A stretch of 29,141 bases of DNA from Dehalococcoidia bacterium CG2_30_46_19 (GTDB lineage: Bacteria > Chloroflexota > Dehalococcoidia > GIF9 > AB-539-J10). Below are positions 1 through 7,423 of this stretch, one piece after another. The notes below the pieces were generated by a model that saw only the letters and a program-made list of their open reading frames with translations, did not search any database and was not told the origin of the DNA. Position 1 is the stretch's first letter. Every line of letters starts with the position of its first letter. A program made the translations under genes and the position numbers. Location: assembly GCA_001872925.1 (NCBI GenBank), contig MNYD01000069.1:1-29141 (forward strand), written 5' to 3'.

Positions 1-50
1 CATACCATGAGTGTTACCTATGTATCTCAGCCTCCGCAGGGGTTGTACTG

Positions 51-205
51 GAGATTGTTTAGCAACCCATTCCCCTGACCCCCTTCCCTTGCTAAGGGAA
101 GGGGGAGTGTAGTTAAGAAAGGGGTGAAACCCCTCTCTATAAATCTCTTCCCCCTCTCCTTTGAAGGAGAGGGGGATAAAGGGGGTGAGGTTAGTAAACA
201 CTCTC
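51..205. mobile_element. Family B MITE-like element, complete copy (155 bp) with imperfect terminal inverted repeats and three internal hairpins
   Basis: Left end GAGATTGTTTAGCAACCCATTCCCCTGACCCCC matches the reverse complement of the right end, GAGAGTGTTTACTAACCTCACCCCCTTTATCCCCC. Internal hairpins: CCCCCTTCCCTT-gct-AAGGGAAGGGGG, AGGGGT-gaa-ACCCCT and CCCCCTCTCCTT-tg-AAGGAGAGGGGG. Homologous to 6135-6212. Confidence 0.75.
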
Positions 206-242
206 ACTTTGCCCTTTGATTTTTGAGTTTTGCTTTTCCTGG

Positions 243-356
243 GCTTGCCACGCCGGAGCCTGCCCTGAGCGAGATTCTTCGGTCGCTTTGCTTCCTCAGA
301 ATGACAAAGGAAAATTGGGGGGCAGAATGACAGAAAAACGAAGGGGCTCGCAATGA
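243..356 (-). repeat. Family A composite repeat (stacked GTCATT starts, then a TGTCATTCTGAG...GAAGAATCTC core and a GCTCAGGGCAGGCTCCG tail)
   Basis: The minus strand reads TCATTGCGAGCCCC..TGTCATTCTGCCCC..TGTCATTCTGAGGAAGCAAAGCGACCGAAGAATCTCGCTCAGGGCAGGCTCCG. The module order is the same as at 28532-28616 and 1606-1680. Confidence 0.85.
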
Positions 357-491
357 TGTGGGGGAGGGCACGAGCAGAGCAAAGAATTGTTCGAACCCCA
401 AATTTAAGCCAAAATAAGAGTGGAAGATTACAAATCCTATTTAACAGAAATCTCAACCATTCTAGGTTTGGCTTCCGAGATTTTGGGTTAT

Positions 492-911
492 TTATTCACC
501 CATAATCTGGAGCACTAACTCACGTGACCGGGGACGGTTATCGAAATCAATAAACACAATTTGCTGCCAGGTGCCCAGAGTTAACCTTTTACTTACAAAG
601 GGCACTGTTAGCGAAGCTCCAAGCATCGAAGCACGCACATGAGAATGCCCATTACCATCTTCCCATGTTTTGTTATGCTCATAAGGGATATTCTGGGGTA
701 CCACCCTATCCCACATTTTTTCGAAATCTTCGAGAAGCCGGGACTCATATTCAATAGTGGTGAGCCCTGCTGTTGAACCAGATATAAACAAGGTTACTGT
801 GCCATTACTTACTCCCGACTGCCTCACTTCGCCCGCTACCTGAGAGGTTATATCAATGATGTCGCAACTACCTTTAGTTTTAAATGTGATGCTTTTAGTG
901 ACTACAGTCAT
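492..911 (-). CDS. yjbQ: YjbQ / UPF0047 family protein (secondary thiamine-phosphate synthase-like)
   Basis: Motifs HNKTWEDGNGHSHVRASMLG and LGTWQQIVFIDFDNRPRSR. The likely start ATG at 911 overlaps the pyrK stop (ATGA). Confidence 0.9.
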   Translation of the reverse strand: MTVVTKSITFKTKGSCDIIDITSQVAGEVRQSGVSNGTVTLFISGSTAGLTTIEYESRLLEDFEKMWDRVVPQNIPYEHNKTWEDGNGHSHVRASMLGASLTVPFVSKRLTLGTWQQIVFIDFDNRPRSRELVLQIMGE

Positions 912-1885
912 ATTTTTACCTCCTGCCATAGAACATCGTTCATCTCAAACACCGGACCATCACGGCATACCTGTTTTAAGCCATGCTTGGTATTTATAGT
1001 GCAGCTACGACAAGCTCCGATGCCACATCCCATCCTCACCTCTAGGGAAATTTGGCAATTTCTTAGCTTAGATTCTTCGCTTCGCTCAGAATGACAAGTT
1101 AATAATTCCGCCATTGTCTTATACATATCCACAGGTCCACAAGCAAATACCTGGTCTGCCCAATCAAGGAAGTCAGGCAGGATATCGGTTACCATGCCCT
1201 TCCTGCCCAGAGTCCCGTCTTCGGTAACAGGGATGAATTGAACTCCGCTTGGTAAAGACAAGAGATTGCTTTGCTTTTCACCCTCTCCTTTTTCCTCTCC
1301 CTTCGAGGGAGAGGAATTAATGGTGAGGGGCAATGACAAAAAGGGATAAATCTGAGCAGCGGTGCTCGCTCCATGAATTAATGCTACCTGATATTGAGGC
1401 GAAGCATATTGAGCCAGGAAAATAAGCGGAGCAATGCCAATGCCTCCACCCACCAATAGCAGGTTTTTCAAACCAGGCACAATGTTAAATCCCTTACCCA
1501 GTGGTCCGAGGACGTCAATTTTATTGCCCGCCGGCTGCTGTGATAGCCAAAAGGTGCCCTTGCCTACTACCTGAAATAGAAGGGCAATCTCACCCTTACC
1601 AGTTCCTTCGCGGAGTTTACCCTGAGCACGATAAGATTCTTCGCTACGCTCAGAATGACAGCAAGCGAAGGGCTCAGGACTAGCCTCATCTCCCGTCGGG
1701 GGAGAGGACAAGGATGAAACCTGATGCACACTGAAAGGGCGACGCAATACCAATCCTTCACAGCATACCGTAATAAATTGCCCCGGCTGAGCCGAAGAAG
1801 CGATGTCAGGCGCATCAAGCCACATAAGATACACGCCTGGCATGACCTCCACATTAGAAGTTATCGCACACAAAGACTGCCTCAT
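908..1885 (-). CDS. pyrK: Dihydroorotate dehydrogenase electron transfer subunit, carrying three in-frame repeat insertions
   Basis: RRPFS (FAD), GGGIGIAP (NAD), and CGIGACRSC...VCRDGPVF (2Fe-2S). At 325 aa it is about 70 aa longer than the usual ~255 aa, which matches the total length of the inserts. Confidence 0.92.
   Translation of the reverse strand: MRQSLCAITSNVEVMPGVYLMWLDAPDIASSAQPGQFITVCCEGLVLRRPFSVHQVSSLSSPPTGDEASPEPFACCHSERSEESYRAQGKLREGTGKGEIALLFQVVGKGTFWLSQQPAGNKIDVLGPLGKGFNIVPGLKNLLLVGGGIGIAPLIFLAQYASPQYQVALIHGASTAAQIYPFLSLPLTINSSPSKGEEKGEGEKQSNLLSLPSGVQFIPVTEDGTLGRKGMVTDILPDFLDWADQVFACGPVDMYKTMAELLTCHSERSEESKLRNCQISLEVRMGCGIGACRSCTINTKHGLKQVCRDGPVFEMNDVLWQEVKI
1070..1096 (-). 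repeat. Family A core (27 bp) in frame in pyrK, encodes CHSERSEES
   Basis: Minus strand TGTCATTCTGAGCGAAGCGAAGAATCT. One mismatch each to 1634-1660 and 28555-28581. Confidence 0.95.
1262..1338 (-). repeat. Family A shell with a nested family B hairpin, in frame in pyrK (LSLPLTINSSPSKGEEKGEGEKQSNL)
   Basis: TGTCATTGC-[CCCTCACC..TTCCTCTCCCT-cga-AGGGAGAGGAA..GGAGAGGGTGA]-AAAGCAAAGCAATCTC. Perfect 11-bp stem at 1292-1316. Confidence 0.85.
1606..1710 (-). repeat. Composite B hairpin + A core + tail, in frame in pyrK (SSPPTGDEASPEPFACCHSERSEESYRAQGKLRE)
   Basis: CCTCTCCCCCGACGGGAGATGAGG, then TGTCATTCTGAGCGTAGCGAAGAATCT (1634-1660), then TGCTCAGGGTAAACTCCGCGAAG, which resembles the tail at 28586-28609. 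Confidence 0.9.
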
Positions 1886-1888
1886 GCT

Positions 1889-2020
1889 AAATCCTAAATT
1901 CGAATTCCTAAACTCTAAACAAATTCAAAATTTCAATGCTCTAAATTCAAAACCACTTCGGATCATTTGTATTTTGGGTTTTGATATTGTTTGGAATTTC
2001 GTGCTTTGGATTTCGGATTT
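1889..2020. repeat. Family C AT-rich imperfect inverted repeat built from AAATCC(G/T)AAAT-like units; overlaps the carB 3' end and abuts the pyrK start
   Basis: Left arm AAATCCTAAATTCGAATTCCTAAACTCTAAACAAATTCAAAAT. Right arm, reverse-complemented: AAATCCGAAATCCAAAGCACGAAATTCCAAACAATATCAAAAC. Confidence 0.7.
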
Positions 2021-5000
2021 CCCTTTAAGTATTCCCTCAGCGGCTGAACGCTAAAACTTTGACCGACACCACCCATCGCCTCCACAACTACACGGGCAGT
2101 ATCCAGCGAGGTAAAGCACGGTATCCTCTTTTCTACAGCAGCACGCCGGATATTAAATCCATCCTTCAAGGGAAGCCGACCTCCAGCGACAGTGTTAATA
2201 ACCCCAGCCACAGAATTATCCTGAATAACGTCAATAACGTTGGGATGCCCTTCACTTAATTTTTTGGTCACCATTTTTACCGGGAGACCCGCTGCTTCAA
2301 TCATAGCTGCAGTCCCTTCGGTGGCATAAAGTCCATATTGAAGCGAGTGCAACTTCTTGATTAAAGGCAGTGATTCAGCTTTATCCCTATCAGCAACGCT
2401 TAGCAACATCCCTCCCTTCTCAGGCAACATCAACCCGGCAGCCAAGAGTGCCTTGACCAAGGCAGCATCAAAGGTATAATCAACACCCATCACTTCACCG
2501 GTAGATTTCATCTCAGGTCCAAGATAATTATCCACCCCAATCAGCTTGGACATAGAGAAAACAGGAGCTTTTATACCCACTAACTTTTGCTTCTTCCCCA
2601 ACCCCCCGTTATAACCTTGCTCAGCAAGACTGATACCAGCCATCACTTTGACGGCAATTCGCACCAAGGGAACACCAGTTACCTTGGAGATAAAGGGCAC
2701 AGTTCTGCTAGCCCGGGGATTTACCTCAAAGACATATACTGAAGAACGCCCATTTTCCCTCATTATGAGCATCTGAACGTTCATCAAGCCTTTAACTTGC
2801 AAAGCAAGACCAATTCTGGTGGTGTAATCCACCATAGTGTTTACTTCCTCATCGGTTAAATTGACGCCGGGATAGATAGCCAAGGCATCACCACTATGCA
2901 CGCCAGCTCGCTCAATATGCTCCATTATGCCCGGGATAAGCACTTCCTTCCCATCACTAACAGCATCTACCTCAACCTCCTTGCCCTGCAAGTATTTATC
3001 GATAAGGACAGGATGCTGGCTATTGAGCTCTAAGGCCTCGGTTAGATAGCGAATCAGCTCAGTCTCATTATGCACGATTTCCATAGCTCGGCCACCGAGG
3101 ACATAGCTGGGGCGAATCAACAACGGATAACCCAAGGACCTAGCTACATTCAGTGCTTCTTCAATTGATGACACGCCAGCTCCCGGTGGCTGAGGAATAC
3201 CCAACATATCTAGAAAGTCTTCAAAACGACGACGGTCCTCAGCTATATCTATTGCTTCAGCACCGGAGCCCAGTATTGCTAAATTGCTGCGTGCCAATGG
3301 CTCAACCATGTTGATGGCTGTCTGACCGCCAAACTGAACGATGGAGGGTAGGACAGACTCACCTTCGTTTTCAACTATGTCTCGAATGCTTTCCTCATCC
3401 AGAGCTTCAAAGTAAAGACGGGTGCTGGTATCGAAATCGGTGGAAACTGTCTCTGGATTAGAATTAACCATGATGCTCTTTATACCCGCTTCCTGAAGCG
3501 CCCAGGCAGAGTGAACGCAGCAGTAATCAAATTCAATCCCCTGCCCGATCCGTATCGGGCCACTTCCAATAACTAAAGCTTTCCTGCCTTCCAGAGGCTC
3601 AGCTTCGTTTTCCTTCTCATAGGTGCTGTAGAAATAAGGAGTTTCAGCATCAAATTCGCCAGCGCAGGTATCCACCATCTTATATACCGGGCGGATATGC
3701 CATTCATGACGGGCTTGCCTCACCTGCTCAGGCAATCTATCAGCCAATGTGCCAACTTGCTCATCACTGAAACCAAGCCGCTTTGCCTCCCAGAGAAGCT
3801 CGGGAGTCAAAGGCTCAGAAAGAAGCCGCTTTTCCATGTCAACGATATTGTTTAGCTTATAGATAAACCAGGGGTCTACTCCAGTGCGCTGGGAAAGCTC
3901 TTCAGGTATAGCTTCCCTTCTCAGCGCTGCTATGATTGCCCAAATTCTCAAGTCATTGGGATGAAGTGGATAGGAATCAAGCCCTTTCCCCTGCTGCCAG
4001 CTGGAATCTTCCCAGAGAAGGGCCCTCTTACCAAACTCCAGAGAGCGCACGGCCTTCTGCAGGGCAGCTTCAAAGCATCTTCCAATAGCCATCACTTCGC
4101 CCGTGGCTTTCATCTGAGTGCCAACCTCTCTATCACCTGATGCAAATTTATCGAAAGGCCATCTTGGAATTTTAACCACGCAGTAATCGAGAGCAGGCTC
4201 AAAGGATGCCAACGTCTTGCCAGTAACCTTATTGGGTATTTCATCGAGCCTTCTTCCTATAGCTATTTTGGCCGCCACACGGGCAATGGGATAGCCAGTG
4301 GCTTTGCTGGCAAGGGCTGAGCTACGACTGACACGCGGGTTGACTTCAATCACATAATACTGACTTTTTTCTACCTTTATTTGGTCTGGAGCCCATTTTT
4401 CAGCAACTACAGGGTGAGGAGTAAGGGCAAATTGTATGTTACAGCCACCCTCAACACCCAAAGCCCGGATGATGTTAATGCTCGCCGACCTGAGCATCTG
4501 GTATTCCTTGTCAGTTAGCGTCTGGCTGGGAGCTACCACAATGCTGTCGCCAGTGTGCACCCCCATGGGGTCAATGTTTTCCATATTACAGATGGTAATA
4601 CAGTTATCGGCGGCATCACGCATAACTTCATATTCAATTTCCTTCCAGCCAAGGAGACATTGCTCCACCAGAACTTCATGACTCATGCTATTCTCCAGGC
4701 CATTGGCGACTACTTTCTCAAGCTTTCCCATGGTGTAAGCAACACCGCCCCCGGTGCCACCCAGAGTATAAGAAGGACGAACAATTAAGGGCAAGCCGAT
4801 GGATTCCGTCAGCTCCCTGGCCTCTTTTACCGATTTAACCGTGGCGCTCTGGGGCACGGGCTCACCAATATCAATAAGAAGCTGTTTAAATAACGACCTC
4901 TCCTCAGCCTTCTTTATCGTTTCCACTGGTGTCCCCAAAAGCCTTACTTTATATTTATCAAGCACACCAGCATCGGCCAACTCTACCGCAAGGTTAAGCC

Positions 5001-5274
5001 CTGTCTGCCCACCAATGGTGGGCAGCAATCCATCAGGACGCTCTCTCTCAATTACCCGGGCTAAGACTTCAACAGTAAGCGGCTCAATATAGACGATGTC
5101 GGCGATACCTTCGTCGGTCATAATGGTCGCCGGGTTTGAGTTCACCAGAACCGTGGTCACGCCTTCCTCCCGCAGCGCCCGGCATGCCTGAGTTCCGGAA
5201 TAATCGAACTCCGCCGCCTGCCCGATTATTATCGGACCCGAGCCAATGACCAGGACTTTAGATGGTTTGGACAC
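1963..5274 (-). CDS. carB: Carbamoyl-phosphate synthase large subunit
   Basis: [22 protein letters not shown], two ATP-grasp halves ([10 protein letters not shown] and [12 protein letters not shown]) and a C-terminal MGS domain. GTG start. Confidence 0.98.
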   Translation of the reverse strand: MSKPSKVLVIGSGPIIIGQAAEFDYSGTQACRALREEGVTTVLVNSNPATIMTDEGIADIVYIEPLTVEVLARVIERERPDGLLPTIGGQTGLNLAVELADAGVLDKYKVRLLGTPVETIKKAEERSLFKQLLIDIGEPVPQSATVKSVKEARELTESIGLPLIVRPSYTLGGTGGGVAYTMGKLEKVVANGLENSMSHEVLVEQCLLGWKEIEYEVMRDAADNCITICNMENIDPMGVHTGDSIVVAPSQTLTDKEYQMLRSASINIIRALGVEGGCNIQFALTPHPVVAEKWAPDQIKVEKSQYYVIEVNPRVSRSSALASKATGYPIARVAAKIAIGRRLDEIPNKVTGKTLASFEPALDYCVVKIPRWPFDKFASGDREVGTQMKATGEVMAIGRCFEAALQKAVRSLEFGKRALLWEDSSWQQGKGLDSYPLHPNDLRIWAIIAALRREAIPEELSQRTGVDPWFIYKLNNIVDMEKRLLSEPLTPELLWEAKRLGFSDEQVGTLADRLPEQVRQARHEWHIRPVYKMVDTCAGEFDAETPYFYSTYEKENEAEPLEGRKALVIGSGPIRIGQGIEFDYCCVHSAWALQEAGIKSIMVNSNPETVSTDFDTSTRLYFEALDEESIRDIVENEGESVLPSIVQFGGQTAINMVEPLARSNLAILGSGAEAIDIAEDRRRFEDFLDMLGIPQPPGAGVSSIEEALNVARSLGYPLLIRPSYVLGGRAMEIVHNETELIRYLTEALELNSQHPVLIDKYLQGKEVEVDAVSDGKEVLIPGIMEHIERAGVHSGDALAIYPGVNLTDEEVNTMVDYTTRIGLALQVKGLMNVQMLIMRENGRSSVYVFEVNPRASRTVPFISKVTGVPLVRIAVKVMAGISLAEQGYNGGLGKKQKLVGIKAPVFSMSKLIGVDNYLGPEMKSTGEVMGVDYTFDAALVKALLAAGLMLPEKGGMLLSVADRDKAESLPLIKKLHSLQYGLYATEGTAAMIEAAGLPVKMVTKKLSEGHPNVIDVIQDNSVAGVINTVAGGRLPLKDGFNIRRAAVEKRIPCFTSLDTARVVVEAMGGVGQSFSVQPLREYLKGNPKSKARNSKQYQNPKYK

Positions 5275-5283
5275 TCAATCTCC

Positions 5284-6102
5284 CTAACCCTTTACAGCCT
5301 TTATCAACCCAAAGGCGCGAAGTTCCTTAGCAACTTTAATGAAAGCTTTATCCATATTCTCTTCGGTGAAACGCTCCCAGACTTTCTCGTCAATGTTTGT
5401 AGGAAATTTAGTCTCCTCTTGTAACAAATAAATCATTTTGTCAGGAAGAATTTCTTGAGCTCTGCCAATTTCATTAAGAATATTGCCATGCGGAATAAAC
5501 TCACCTGTTTGACCATCAACGTCACCTTTGGTTGCCAGGATTATTGTGCAATCGCATTGCTTTAGATAATGCTCCACATTTTTATCTTTCGACCTTCCTT
5601 CGCTAGGTTGCTCCTCCACAATTATAGGAGTGATACCTAGCGCATTGAGAAAATTCACAAGTTTCTTGCGGGCAGGACTTTCCCCACCATGAGCAATAAA
5701 GGCTTTAGGTGGCTCTGTATCAATACCAGGTGGCTTTCCTATTACATTCCCTTGTTTATCTCGTATACCCTTATCAATATCGTCTTTTAATTTTCCAATG
5801 GTTCTGCTTGTTGCTTGTAAACAGTTATCAAGTGCACTCACAACGAGAGTGTTTTTTTCGAAATTAAAAGCCCAATTCCAAACATCCTGTAGGCCGGCGC
5901 TCGTTTTGATTGTCTCTAAACCTGTATATTCTTTAACTAATTGAGTATACTTTCCTGCGCTGATGCTGATTTCCTCGTATATTAATTCAAAATCCGCAAG
6001 TTCTTCTTTTGTTAATCCCTTATGTTGATTTATCTGTTTTGTTCGATAGGCGAGATATTGCATGAGTTTATCTCTAAAATCTTTTAATTCATCTACAATC
6101 AT
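5284..6102 (-). CDS. Predicted nucleotide-binding TIR-like domain protein (CAP12/Pycsar-effector-like TIR at the C-terminus, unknown helical N-terminus)
   Basis: C-terminal pattern KAFIAHG...LGITPIIVEEQPSEGRS...IILAT..D...HGNILNEIG...FPTN. Strong RBS GAAGGAGG. AT-rich relative to the flanking car genes. Confidence 0.75.
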   Translation of the reverse strand: MIVDELKDFRDKLMQYLAYRTKQINQHKGLTKEELADFELIYEEISISAGKYTQLVKEYTGLETIKTSAGLQDVWNWAFNFEKNTLVVSALDNCLQATSRTIGKLKDDIDKGIRDKQGNVIGKPPGIDTEPPKAFIAHGGESPARKKLVNFLNALGITPIIVEEQPSEGRSKDKNVEHYLKQCDCTIILATKGDVDGQTGEFIPHGNILNEIGRAQEILPDKMIYLLQEETKFPTNIDEKVWERFTEENMDKAFIKVAKELRAFGLIKAVKG

Positions 6103-6134
6103 CTCGCTTTACCTCCTTCAATATCAGCCACCTA

Positions 6135-6212
6135 CCTCACCCCCTTAGTCCCTCTCTCCTTCACAAGAGAGGGGAGGTTTGGAAAGAGGGATTCCGCCCC
6201 TCTAAAACTCCC
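6135..6212. repeat. Family B repeat, partial copy between carA and the TIR-like gene
   Basis: CCTCACCCCCTTAGTCCCTCTCTCCTTCACAAGAGAGGGGAG..AGAGGGATTCCGCCCCTCT..ACTCC aligns with the reverse complement of about 107-190. Confidence 0.8.
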
Positions 6213-6223
6213 TATATTCATCT

Positions 6224-7369
6224 CTACTTTCCCTTCACCATCTCCAGAAATCTCTCAAACAAATACCTGTTGTCCAACGGCCCGGGGGAAGCTTCGGAGT
6301 GGTATTGAATTGATAGTATGGGCAAGTCCCGGTGGCGGAGACCCTCCACGGTGCCATCGTTTAGGTTTATGTGGCTTACCTCAAGCCCTCCCTTTAAGGT
6401 ATCGGCATCTATGGCATAGCCATGATTCTGAGCAGTGATATAAACCCTGCCAGTTGCTAAATCCCGCACTGGATGGTTACCACCACGGTGCCCGAACTTT
6501 AGCTTAAATGTCTTTGCCCCTAAGGCTCTGCCGATAAGCTGATGTCCCAGGCATATTCCCATAATCGGTTTTTTGCCTATGAGCTTTTTCACCGTCTCCG
6601 TTATATCATCAAGAAGAGCAGGATCGCCGGGACCGGGGGAAAGGAGGATGCCATCGGGATTCATCTCTAATACATCCTCTGCTGAGGTAGTGCAAGGGAT
6701 AGCGGTCACCTGGCAACCAAATTGGCTTAAGATACGCAATATGTTGTATTTCAGGCCATAGTCAATAACCACAATTCGCAGATTGCTTCGCTCCGCTCGC
6801 AATGACAAAAAGGAAGCGGGCAATGACAGAAAAGGCAGGTTTGCAGTGACAGATGTATCGGATTGCCATTCATAGGGCTTCTCAGTGCTGACCTGGTGAA
6901 CAAAATCGGTAGAGTCATACCGGGGTAAATTCTTCAGCTCCTTTAATGCTTCTTCAGCAGTCATCTCTGAGGTAATAATCCCCATCATAGTTCCCAGCGA
7001 ACGTATATGGCGAGTTAAGGCACGAGTATCTATCCCGCTGATTCCTGGAATGCCGTTATCCTGCAGAAACTTATGTAAGGTAATTGTGCTCTGCCAATGG
7101 CTTGGACGAGAGCAATACTCCCGAACGGCAAATCCCCTAACCTGAATTTGCTTCGATTCGAAATCGGATTCATTGATGCCATAGTTCCCAATCATGGGAT
7201 AAGTAGGCACTAGAATTTGTCCGTCATAAGATGGGTCAGTGAGCATCTCCTGATAGCCGGTCATGCTGGTATTGAAAACGACCTCGCCATAGGCATTATC
7301 CTCAGCACCGAAGGCATCCCCTTCGTAAACCGAGCCATCCTCAAGAACTAAAATTGCCTTCTTAGCCAT
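6224..7369 (-). CDS. carA: Carbamoyl-phosphate synthase small subunit, with an in-frame repeat insertion
   Basis: GEVVFNTSMTGYQE, LSPGPGDP, GICLGHQ (catalytic Cys) and QYHSEASPGP. The likely start is ATG 7369 (MAKKAILVLEDG); the ORF track extends to GTG 7378. Confidence 0.97.
   Translation of the reverse strand: MAKKAILVLEDGSVYEGDAFGAEDNAYGEVVFNTSMTGYQEMLTDPSYDGQILVPTYPMIGNYGINESDFESKQIQVRGFAVREYCSRPSHWQSTITLHKFLQDNGIPGISGIDTRALTRHIRSLGTMMGIITSEMTAEEALKELKNLPRYDSTDFVHQVSTEKPYEWQSDTSVTANLPFLSLPASFLSLRAERSNLRIVVIDYGLKYNILRILSQFGCQVTAIPCTTSAEDVLEMNPDGILLSPGPGDPALLDDITETVKKLIGKKPIMGICLGHQLIGRALGAKTFKLKFGHRGGNHPVRDLATGRVYITAQNHGYAIDADTLKGGLEVSHINLNDGTVEGLRHRDLPILSIQYHSEASPGPLDNRYLFERFLEMVKGK
6780..6850 (-). 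repeat. Family A stacked repeat in frame in carA (VTANLPFLSLPASFLSLRAERSNL)
   Basis: GTCACTGC..TGTCATTGCCC..TGTCATTGCGAGCGGAGCGAAGCAATCT. The 28-bp core at 6780-6807 is identical to 7905-7932. Confidence 0.92.
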
Positions 7370-7370
7370 C

Positions 7371-7423
7371 ACCCTCACCTTAATCCTCTCCCGTCAAGGG
7401 AGAGGAAATTTGGGCATAATGAC
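7371..7423 (-). repeat. A-prefix plus family B hairpin forming the pyrC C-terminus and stop and the carA translation initiation region
   Basis: GTCATTATGCCCAAATT-TCCTCTCCC-ttgac-GGGAGAGGA-TTAAGGTGAGGGT. Closely similar to the intergenic copy at 28487-28526. Confidence 0.85.

Noticed and set aside
1-50. Possible minus-strand gene start (ATG at 8 or 3) running off the left edge
   Set aside because: Only 1-2 codons are visible and the RBS is weak, so it cannot be supported or identified.
204-401. 65-aa minus-strand ORF
   Set aside because: It is mostly a translation of the family A composite (CHSAPQ, VILRKQSDRRIS). It has no independent coding evidence and reflects how stop-poor the repeat is.
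1189-2259. Short alternative-frame and antisense ORFs over pyrK and carB (1189, 1501, 1567, 1803, 2059)
   Set aside because: They are shadows of well-supported genes and repeats, with no motifs or RBS. The same applies to the other 60-120 aa ORFs overlapping the pyr, arg, RM, recG and argS genes.
4361-4430. Extra segment in CarB ([21 protein letters not shown]) starting with CCTCACCCT, like a family B end
   Set aside because: No hairpin or further similarity follows. It may be a lineage-specific loop and cannot be assigned to a repeat without orthologue alignment.
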